64,000 bases of DNA from Psilocybe cubensis (lineage: Eukaryota): assembly GCA_017499595.2 (NCBI GenBank), contig CM038999.1:1674001-1738000 (forward strand), written 5' to 3'. Shown here piece after piece: positions 1 to 10,195 of this stretch (the first letter of the stretch is position 1; each line of letters starts with the position of its first letter). The translations under genes were made by a program, and so were the position numbers. The notes beneath the pieces are model-generated. The model was not told the origin of the DNA. It was given only the letters and a program-made list of their open reading frames with translations, and searched no databases.

Positions 1-1716
1 TTCAGATCTATGCACTAAAAGGAACCATGTTTTTAGTGTATTTAGACAGAAAATAAACAACATACTCGTCGGATGTACATGCGGAAACCCTCTGCGCCAA
101 ATCCTCTCAAAACAAACCACATTTTTAAGGAACGGAATCGTCGACCCAACCCCAAATGCCAGTTTCGGTAGTCAATAACTGTGCCTATGGAAAAATGTAT
201 AACAATAGATCAAGAAGATCAAAGCCCAGAGTACTCACCAGCATCTCCTTGTTTTGTCCGTAAGAAGGCAGGAGTGATGTCCAAAGCATCAGTAAGATAT
301 TTGCGGTCTCGGACCCAAAGGGCAGAGCAGTCAAAATTAACAAGTCCCCACTATATGAAGGCGTTGGGCATTTAATGTTATACACCCGGGTATATCGGCC
401 GCAGAGCACACCTTGTGGAAGTTGGTACAGAACGAATGAACAAAGGCATTTATATCCTCTAGATATAAATTTTTGCGAGTTTCCGGGCAGGACAGGGCAA
501 CGCCAGCCCAAGCAGCGTCAACATGAACCCATAGGTCAGGTTGTTCCTTTGCTTTAAGAAGACGCTTAATTCTACCGAAAGTAAAAGCGCTAGCAAGATG
601 ATATAACCTACATATTTGATGGATTTCCATTAAGTTGTCCACAGCTCCTGAAGAAGTCGATCCGACGGTGGCAACTATAGATCCAATCAGTTCTGCGCGC
701 TTAATCACAAGAAGGCGCGAGATTTACTCAATATGAAAGGCTTGCGTCCTAGTTTTCGGTCTTCTTCTAACGCGTCACGAAGGGCTTGACCTCTCAAAGC
801 GTATTTTTCTTCTGCGAGGACCTCGATCGAGCGAACTTGTAGTCCAAGAACGATACCGGCTTTGGCGCCCAGAGAATGTGTTTGTGTAGTTGTGTATATA
901 ACGAGATCCTCCATTTTTACATCTGGATGGTTACGTTGGTACATGGATCGAGCGGCGACAACCGTAATGAGGACTGAGTCTGACGCTGTTGTCTAGTAGT
1001 ATATTGGGAATGTGAAAATGTGAAAATACGTTAAGTCGCTTACTTGAATTGCCCCACCGCCAATTCCTGAGGAATTCTTGAAGGCTGATGATAACCCAAG
1101 GAGATTGGCGGCCCAATCCATAACAATTGCCTCTAACTCTGTGCAAGCAGGACTCGCCAACCACTGAAATATTGTAGTTAGTATTAGGGCGGAGGAAGCA
1201 TTTGGAATGTCTTCACATTGAAACCAGGGTTGCAAGTGCTTGATGCATACAAATCTCCCAAAATCCCCTCGAATGTGCATGCCGTAGGGAAGTAGGCAAA
1301 GAAAGAAGGATGCTGCCAATGCGTTAAACCTATTTGAAAACCAACGCTTCTTGGTCATTTTTTCAACGCATTTGCTCGAACAAATACCTGGTACGATAAA
1401 TTTCTGGTAATCGTCTGCAATGATTTGAAAGTCTTCACCCTCTTCGGGCGCTTCCACTGCAGGAAATAGTAAATAGCAATATTAGTTGGAGACAATGATA
1501 TTTAGTCACCAAACTACTCACAAGGAATGTGCTGCCTTAAATATCCAGGCTCAACCTTAGACATAACAGTTGAATTTTGCAAAGAATAGTAGTAATCGCA
1601 TATGCGATCAATGGCTTGATAGCCTGCTTTCCTAAATCTTCAACATAGAAAAAAAGCAGTCAGAGAAGTGTTAAGTGACCAAAATAATGGGACTTGATTT
1701 ACTGTTCGATATCCAT
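1..1716 (-). CDS. PLP-dependent aromatic L-amino acid decarboxylase family (group II) protein with Tyr->Phe catalytic loop; probable aromatic acetaldehyde synthase (DHPAAS-like); 3' end outside window
   Basis: Spliced translation from ATG at 1716: MDIEQFRKAGYQAIDRICDYY...THWQHPSFFAYFP...NWLASPACTELEAIVMDW...WVHVDAAWAG...SFCTNFHKWGLVNFDCSALWV (PLP Lys in NFHK)...DITPAFLRTK...IDYRNWHLGLGRRFRSLKMWFVLR; multiple GT-AG introns. Confidence 0.93.
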
Positions 1717-1907
1717 CTGAAAAACGATACGATATGGTGGAAAGTTGACGGAGCCCCTGTCAAGCATCATAAATTGTTCGGCAATTTCGGATCGACCCAA
1801 AATGAGAAAGCCGATTTTTGTAGCCAATCACCGGAGGACATGGTGAACCCGTGAAATTATTTCTTGACTGACTCCGAGCATCCTTCAAAAATATTTCACT
1901 GTGCCCA

Positions 1908-3257
1908 ATGGACGCGCATAACGTCAAAGCCGCCGTTACTGCACTCAGTGAGTTGGCTCTTTCTCATGGCTGTAACCCAACTATCGTTTACTGAACTTGC
2001 GTCACCGTAGTACACGACCAACCGTATGCCTCTGCTGTGCTATTGGCCCTCGGATCTGCTTGTGTTTTGAGAGTTGTGTATCAGACATTGTCTGTTCTTC
2101 TCCAGACATTTATTCTCCCTGGAGCTAGTGTCCGTAATGTTTTGCTGACTTGTATCACGCGTCTGTCTTAACAATGGCAATAGTTGAAGCGTTATGGCGC
2201 AAAGAAAGGAGCATGGGCAGTAGTGACAGGCGCTACTGACGGAATTGGCAAAGAATTTGCTCTTCAGCTGGGCAAGGCAGGGTTCAATGTTCTTTTGGTT
2301 GCTCGCAACAAAGAACTTCTCTCAAACACAGCTGCTGAGATCGGTACGTGGCCGTTCAATAATATGGTGTTTTCAATTTCTAACATTTTAACAGAGTCCA
2401 AATACAAAGTGGCTGCTGCGACCTACTCTATCGACTTTTCCAAGAACGATGAAGTTGCTTTCAACGGCTTTGCGTCTGCATGCGAAGGCCGCGATATCGG
2501 TGTTCTAGGTTTGTTTCCCTTCAACTTGGTAGTAGTGACATCCCTCTGACACGGTCATTTTCAGTTAACAACGTCGGGAAGTCGCATGCCATGCCAGCAT
2601 ATTACGTTGATACTCCCAAAGATGAAATTGAAGACATAGTTTCTATCAATATCACTGCCACTTTACGCGTGACATATGCAGTACTTCCAGGCATGGTTCA
2701 ACGGTATGTACGTTTGTGTTTGGTGTCATATTGATTCAAGGCTTACTTTCAATAACAGTAAACGTGGCCTGATCCTCAATATTGGATCTTTTGCTGGTTT
2801 TGTCCCTTCTCCTATGCTTGCTACATATTCAGGATCTAAGGCTTTCTTGGCCACATTCACAAGCGCTTTGGCAGAAGAAGTGAAGAAGGACAACATCACC
2901 GTTGAGCATGTCAATACTTACTTTGTCGTAAGCACCGTCTTTGCTTTGATTTCATTCTACTGTAGCTTGAATAATTGTCAGGTGTCTAAACTTTCCAAAA
3001 TACGCCACTCCTCAATGCTTATTCCCAAGCCTGGGCCCTATGTTCGTTCTGTACTCAGCAAAATTGGCCTTGCATGCGGTGCAGATTATAGTGGACGACC
3101 CAACACTTCGACACCTTTCTGGTCGCACTCTCTGCTTGAATACCTCATTTCCTTCATTGGTATCCCCAGCCTTTTTATTTCCTATACTCACGGACTCCAC
3201 AAGTCGATCCGCAAGCGGGCACTGAAAAAGGCAGAGCGTGAAGCCAAAGTACAGTGA
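1908..3257 (+). CDS. IFA38: Very-long-chain 3-oxoacyl-CoA reductase (SDR family, 17beta-HSD12/IFA38-like)
   Basis: N-terminal hydrophobic anchor, WAVVTGATDGIGKEFA NAD(P) motif, VNNVG, ILNIGSFAG, catalytic YSGSK, basic C-terminal IRKRALKK; start codon inferred. Confidence 0.88.
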
Positions 3258-4606
3258 AGCAGAGCGTTTTTCGTTTCATCGTTCCATAAAACATCTCTTC
3301 CACTGACGGCTCGGCCTATACTGGTGTTTGTTTAATACACTTACTTACCCATGAGGGTTTAATTAATCGCATTTCCTGCTCTACGGGTGTGGTGATCACC
3401 TTTGTGTCTCAACACAGAATAGTGGTTTTTATGTTGTATGTATCCGAATCTTCAATGGAGACTATGAAAACATGAGAATTCGGGCACACATGCGCTCGGT
3501 GTACCTCTATCTTAAACCTGCGCAAGCATTGTCTATAAACCCACAACAAATCACCTTGAAAGCGTACTACGATCTGCTCAAATTTTATCTACAACACTAT
3601 CGAGATTTGGTGATCATTCCATTTGGTACACATACAGATACGTTTAGACCTCAAGTTGAGCCAGCTAGTCCCAATACACAATTGGAGGCGAGGATAAGCC
3701 TAACGAAATTGACTACGTTCATGAAGAGATTATCCGGAGAAAAAATAATGAAATAGTGGGTCGGTTGTCATTGAGTTTTTACCGTTCTACCAAAGCTTGA
3801 TACATTCCAGTTCTATTGCCCCCCTTGGGGGAATATTTTCATCCCGGCCGGAGTCAGGCACGAGTAAAGAGGGCAAAATTAACCACCACCACTCGTCTCC
3901 AAACGCGTTAGCGACGCGCTTTTCGAGTGGGTGGATCGGTTTCTAGCATTTAAACGGTGTTAGATATATGATAGATAGTACTGCTCTTTGGTATATTTGG
4001 TGTGAAGGGTTTGTATGCATGTGTTGGACTTTCATGTGGCAGAGTTGCAAATCGGCGGACGAGGTGTGTGTCATGTTCTGTATATCCTCTTGATGTACGC
4101 TTCTTTTGCGAGGCCTGAACATGGGTCTAAGCGGAAGAGTAGCCCAGAGTTCAAGCCGATAGAATTAAAATTTGACAAGTAATGTATATAAAATTTAAGT
4201 TGGTGTATTGCCGCGATGGTGGGGCCCAAATTCAACGCTCAGCAGTCGCATTGACACAGACGCAGCACTGGCAGCCACGAAACCGAGGGTGTCATGATGT
4301 CAAGGAAACTGCTGGTGTGGAAAAGGTTGAGGGAAGGATCAAGATGGTTACAACGGGGTCTATGTGAGGGCACCCGAACCGCCGTAAAGTCCAACGATTG
4401 CCTGGATATCATTTAGAGATGGTTGAAGGACACAGCATCAGAGTTGGCAACTCAAAATCCAAGAATAGCAAACTATGTAGTCACGTGTGATGTGTATTGT
4501 TTGTACATGGAATGCGTCTGCAGCGTGTTGCGATTATGTCCAGAGGCCCGGTCTGCTATTAACCATATGTTCCCTTTCTAATACTATCTCCTGAACACAT
4601 CTCACC

Positions 4607-7600
4607 ATGAAACGACAGCCATCTCGTGCACCGTCCCCGACACCAACAGCGTTCTCTGGCATATCAAATTATCGCACGGATTCCTACCGTCCAGTTAGGG
4701 ATGCAAAGGGTGCACCTGCCGTTCCGACCATCGACTATCGTCTCGTCTCAAAAACACACTACGGAGAACTCGGCAGATATCTGGCCAATTATTTGGCTTC
4801 AGGTGTGCCTCCCACTGACTTTATGCGCGCGTGTTCTCATAGTACCCTAAGCGGCCCCCAATTCTCGATCCAATGCTCGATCCAAATTGACGAGATTGAC
4901 CATTCAACAATTCCACGAATTATCCACCGATGTATACGACGAACTTGTTAGGAGAAAGAATGAACAAGAAGGTTTTATTTCAAACCTATTCTTAACGATT
5001 AATTACCACTTAATTTTCTGTGCCTAGTTCCATTCCTACCTGTTCGTGAAGAATTTCATCCCAAACGCAATCAAGCGCGTCAAAAATTGGCAACACTACC
5101 AACCACCCGCTTTGAGGATCTTTCTAGTGACGTTTACTTCGAATTGGCACGACGGTATCCTGAATTTAAAGAAGACGTGCGTCGCTGTTGTATCTTTTGC
5201 GGTTCAAACTCCTAATCAAACATTCAAAAATGTAGCCGTCCGGGAGGGGTTCGAATGCGTCCAACTATGACGATTATCCAGCTCCAGACTTCCCATCGAA
5301 CTCTGCCCCTCGAAATGCTGGTGGTAGCAGGACATCTGGGCGCACTTCAACTGATCGTGATCGCCCGTCAGATAGCGGGTATGGCGGAAGTGTGTCCAGT
5401 CGAAGACCATCACAGGATAGGCGCAGACCGAGCGAGACAGATTTCAACGTTGGACGGAGAAGTGAAGATGCATATCGCAGGCCTGACGATGCATACGCTG
5501 CCAGACCGCCAGATGATGGCCTATCAGCTGCCCTTGCGTCTCGCCGAAAACCCTCTCAAGATATCACTCGCAGGTCAGAAGACCGTGGTCGTGACTTTGG
5601 TCGGCGTCCTAGCCAGGCAACCAGTATGACAAGCGACAGCACTGCAATGGGTAGTACGGCACCCTCTCAAAGTACGACGGCCACTAGCGCAGTCATTATA
5701 CCCAATAAAAGCACAATGGAAGAAGAATACATCGATATTCCCTATGGACGAGAAGGTCGCGAGAGTGGGGTAACAACCATTGATGATCGCGAACGAGCTG
5801 GAGACATCGGAAGACTGGGTAATGGCGCCGACACCGAACCCGATAGCGCCAGTGATTATCCCAGCCCGATGAGTGCAGTCACTCCACCAGCTGGTCTTGG
5901 TGGTTTGAGCGCACGTCTTCAAGGCGTTGAAGATGAGGATGATATTGGACCTGGAAATCGCAGTGGTGATGAATTATATGATAAGTATGGCAGATCTTCC
6001 GTGGATTCAAGCCGTTCCGCTGGGCAAAACGTCATTGGTTCTCGCATGATGACAAGAATGAGCACGTCGGAGGACACCGAAAAGATGCGTCGAGAATATG
6101 AATACAAGATCGCAACGATGCAGAATCAAATTACCACTCTCCAGAGAGATCTGGGCGATTCCAATGAAGCTGAGAGAAAGCGAAAAGAAAGTGAGGCCCG
6201 GGTTAGTCAACTAGAAGAAGAACTAGTGGGTTTTCGTCAAGTACGTTTAAGGATTGACATCCAATTTCTATCACGATATTAATCGTCTTTATCAAGAGGG
6301 CAGAAGAGCAGAGTACTGCAATGCGTCTAATGCAGAAAGAACTCGAAGAACTCAAAGAAATTCGACAGAGAGAAGCTCGTCAAGCCCAAGAAGACCGTGA
6401 AGAACTTGTCATTTTCCGAGATCGTTGTAACAAATTAGAGGAGGAGAGAGAGCATCGTCATGGATCGGTAGGAACCCGTTGTCTAACCTATTATTTCATC
6501 GGTTAATGACTTCTTCATCAGGTTGACTCAGAAGGCGTGGAACAGCTGCGAAGCGACATGGAGGGTCTTTTGGAAGAAATCAATGAGCTTGCGCGACGAA
6601 ACGATGAATTGATGACTGCGAAGGAATCGGATAATGTATTGATTCGTGACTTGGACAACCAATTGAAAGAATACAAGCGCAAGTACGAACAGGCGAAGAC
6701 AGAATTGCGCGGCATCAAAGGCAAGTTCTTTATATCGCGATAACATGTCTTAAAGAAATGACCTTTTTTGACTTAGCGACCTCGCAACTATTCCTACAAG
6801 CACCTAGATTTGACAAGGGTGAAGACCAGTTGCCTATGGCTTCTGATGGCGGCGTTCAGGACATCCACGTCACGGCATTCTTGTCTGCCATTGATAGTCT
6901 GCTTACCGCTGGACGTTCCAATGCCCCAACCCGAGTCCTGACCCCGATGAAGGCAGTGGTAAATGCCGTCACAAATATCATTGAGGATGTTAAAACATTT
7001 GAACGTCGATCCGCCAAAGATCGAGGTGACGTAGAGCTCGACACTCTCCAGTCATTGCGGGACAGGGCAGAAGCAACACTTAGCAATCTGGTTGCCGCAA
7101 CGAAAACACACGCGTCAAGTTCGGGAATGTCTCCTGTCAGCCTTTTGGATGCAGCAGCTAGCCATGTTTCTGTTACCATCACTGAAATTGGCAGAACTAT
7201 TTCTATCCGTAAGGCGACGAAAGCCGAGCAAGAGCAGGCATCGTATAATTCATATGCAGGCTCATCAAGTGGCGGCTTTTCACCTTCACTTCGGACGGTA
7301 GACGAGACACGATCGAGCCATCAACGAAAGGCAAGCCAGGCTTCGTCCTCGGGACGTGGGGGACGATTTTCTGAGTCTGGGTCGCCTCCCAGTCAGAGGT
7401 ACATGGGGAGGCGGCCGCCTTCAGAAAATTCGAGCTCTGAACAGACGAACTCCCCGCCTCCTATATTTGATACACACAGTCACTCCGGCGGCGTTGTGAG
7501 TGACGACTCGGCGCAGGCTGATGGTTCAGAAGACGCATGGGCCGAATTGAAGGTATGTTATAGGTAGAACATATTGATTTTCGTGTGTTGAAGTTCTATC

Positions 7601-7936
7601 CTCTTCCAGCCTTATCTCGAAGCGCAAACCGAGTCCATCGTGTACGCAATTCAAAGCGTTCTTTCCGGTGTTCGAAGTCCTACTCCATCGCCTGCCTTAA
7701 ATGAGAACCTTACTCAAATCATCACAATCGTATCGAGCATTGTCGCTGTTTGTAACGACAACCTCCCACCAGCGAGCGCACAGCAAGGCAAAGAGATTTT
7801 GAAAGAGCTTGCAGAGCAAGCGAATACTCTTAGTGAAATGCAAGCACTACCTGAAGTGACGAAGGAGTCACGGCAGATTATGGCCAAATCAAGTTTCGCC
7901 ATCGCAAACGCCATGAAAGGCCTGATGAAACTGTGA
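4607..7936 (+). CDS. SPA2: Polarisome scaffold Spa2/GIT-like protein (tandem Spa2 homology domains, coiled coil, C-terminal helical domain)
   Basis: Spliced SHD repeats ARSKLTRLTIQQFHELSTDVYDELVRR and FHPKRNQARQKLATLPTTRFEDLSSDVYFELARRYP; central coiled coil; ends MKGLMKL*. Confidence 0.87.
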
Positions 7937-8189
7937 TTTTGTTCATCTTCAATGGCCACTGCACTTGTCTCCTTATACCATCAGGATATATTTAATTTTC
8001 TATGATCATATTCCAATACTTTCGTTCATATCTATCATAATATTTCTGGTGTAGTCCAGAAAATCCCCATCCATTTGTCATTGCCATCTATCATGCCATG
8101 CCATAATGTCTTTTCATGCATATTTCATGTCTGTACTACTATGCATCTATACCAACCTATTTTTTCATATTTTGCTTCAATTTGAGTGA

Positions 8190-9587
8190 TCATTCTGCTG
8201 ATTTCGGAAATGACGATTCTAGGTAATGTAGGTCGAGTTGGTTGGTCTTGAAGAAGCATTTCGAGAATATGATATCAGCATGACGCAGCGGCGCACATCT
8301 TTGCTGCTTTTGGTCAGACAAACTGATGGAAGTACGTGATTCCAGCGTTTGGGCAAGTGCCCCGTCAGTGCACTCAACGACGCGGTGTAAGATAAGCGTG
8401 GTGAGATTGTTACACAGTGTGGCATGGTAAGTGAATGGGTCGGGTAAGGTTTGTGCGCGCAACATTTCCAGGAGGGTGTCACCCACACAAATGTCTCCTC
8501 GGGCGTCGTATACCTCGAGCCGCCTAAGCGACGTTGAACAATCCTGTAGACACTGGATAAGCTGGTCCTGAGATATTCCTGTGTATTCCAGCATGAGGGA
8601 TTGTAGATGGGATGCTGACCGCGTGATTAGATTATGAAAAGATGCCTGGGGCCATTTAACGTGGTCGATGAAACCGCAAGTGAAATTAAAATGGATCAAC
8701 TTAGGCACAAATATGCGCTCCATGAGTAGTGATAGGCCTTCATCGAGCTTCAGTTGATAGATAGTTAGTGATTCGAGATAGGGGAGATGGGTATAAGGTA
8801 GTCGATCGTGCAAGGCGGGACCTTGTTGGCTTGAAATTGAATTGTTGGGCTCAAACAAGAGCTCCGGGTTATACGAGAAATGGCGTAAGTCCAAGTTAAC
8901 TAGATTATCGCATCTCTGTAGAATCTCCAACGCGGTTTTAAGCGTGATCCATGTGTCGAGCAAAATATCGGTGAGATTGGCCCATGATACACGAAGATGC
9001 TGCATTCCGCTATCAAAGGGTGCATCCCATGAGCCCCATGAGCACCTGTTACTCCACTGTAATGTTCTTAGAGCGGGTGCATGACGCAGAAGAGTGTTAA
9101 TACTTTGCGCTTCTTCCATTGACCAATTACCGATCTTGAATGACAGCAACTCGAGATTGGGTGCCTGGGATGAACAGAACTCGGCGAAGAGTCTGTTAGA
9201 CGCTGGAAGAGTCATTGAAAGTCGGACCCAACGCTCTGATACATTAGAAAGCATATGCAGAATTGTCTGAACGATCTCACGCGCTTCTCGATTCAGATGA
9301 GAGAAAGGGTCAATCCATACAGTTATCGTAAGTGGTTGGAACGCCGAGCGTTTGAGCCATAGCTCAACTATGCAGGGATGGTTCATGCCGGTTGCGTGTG
9401 ATACGTTTATTCTCAGAGATGACCAAAGACTCGAATCGGAAACGGCCACATGTCTCCAGGTTCTGCAAACCTGTATGAGGAGCATAGGGCCGGTGTTAGA
9501 TGATATCGGATTGTCATCATGGTCTGAAGACAGCGTCCTCCTGAAGATATCTGACAGAATTTCTGGAGGAATTAAGTAAATGGACAT
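8190..9587 (-). CDS. F-box-like protein with LRR/RNI-like C-terminus (agaricomycete expanded family), single exon
   Basis: 465-aa ORF; N-terminal IPPEILSDIF...PMLLIQVCRTWRHVAVSDSSLWSSL F-box-like motif followed by LxxLxL repeats. Confidence 0.85.
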   Translation of the reverse strand: MSIYLIPPEILSDIFRRTLSSDHDDNPISSNTGPMLLIQVCRTWRHVAVSDSSLWSSLRINVSHATGMNHPCIVELWLKRSAFQPLTITVWIDPFSHLNREAREIVQTILHMLSNVSERWVRLSMTLPASNRLFAEFCSSQAPNLELLSFKIGNWSMEEAQSINTLLRHAPALRTLQWSNRCSWGSWDAPFDSGMQHLRVSWANLTDILLDTWITLKTALEILQRCDNLVNLDLRHFSYNPELLFEPNNSISSQQGPALHDRLPYTHLPYLESLTIYQLKLDEGLSLLMERIFVPKLIHFNFTCGFIDHVKWPQASFHNLITRSASHLQSLMLEYTGISQDQLIQCLQDCSTSLRRLEVYDARGDICVGDTLLEMLRAQTLPDPFTYHATLCNNLTTLILHRVVECTDGALAQTLESRTSISLSDQKQQRCAPLRHADIIFSKCFFKTNQLDLHYLESSFPKSAE

Positions 9588-10195
9588 GGGAGTGGATCGA
9601 AAAGTGTGTGCTGCAAGTTCCCGACTCGATAATTAGAAGTCTAATTATAGCGTGCAATCTTATCTAGACCAACCGTGGCGGTGTAAATGAGATGAGCACG
9701 TGATAACTAGCACGCCATAGCACGCAATCGTCTGAGTTTGAACGCGAGTACTTATAGCTTGGATATTTCGGACGCGACGCGTTTCTGCCTTTCCTCCTCC
9801 CCTCCATCCATGTTCAAATCCCCGTCCCCGTCCCCGTCCTCCTTTTCTCGCTTTTGGAACGTGTCTTTCTCATTAACGAAGCACCTGGTCGACCCACATG
9901 ATCAACGTGATCATTTTCAATGTCCGACGGCGGGTGTAAACCATGACCCAGTGAGCCAGGCTTCACTTTGAGCGCGGACCTCCTTGGGTGCCCTCAAATG
10001 GTTGGGGATTGGGGATTTTTTATCGGATCTCCGGCCCAATCATATCGTTCATCAGCATCCGATTTCTTCCGCAAGTCACTTTACCTGCCTACTCGAGTAG
10101 TCTAGTGTGACTTTTGTACGTATCAATTTGTTATCGTTACGTTGGCAAAATGCTATAAAATGAGTGTTTTTCTGTATCTCTTGGTCACTCGCAAA

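Noticed and set aside
3472-3756. 94-aa ORF in the IFA38-SPA2 gap, and the many short antisense or overlapping ORFs in the track
   Set aside because: No recognisable motifs; most are shadows of real spliced genes on the other strand or frame
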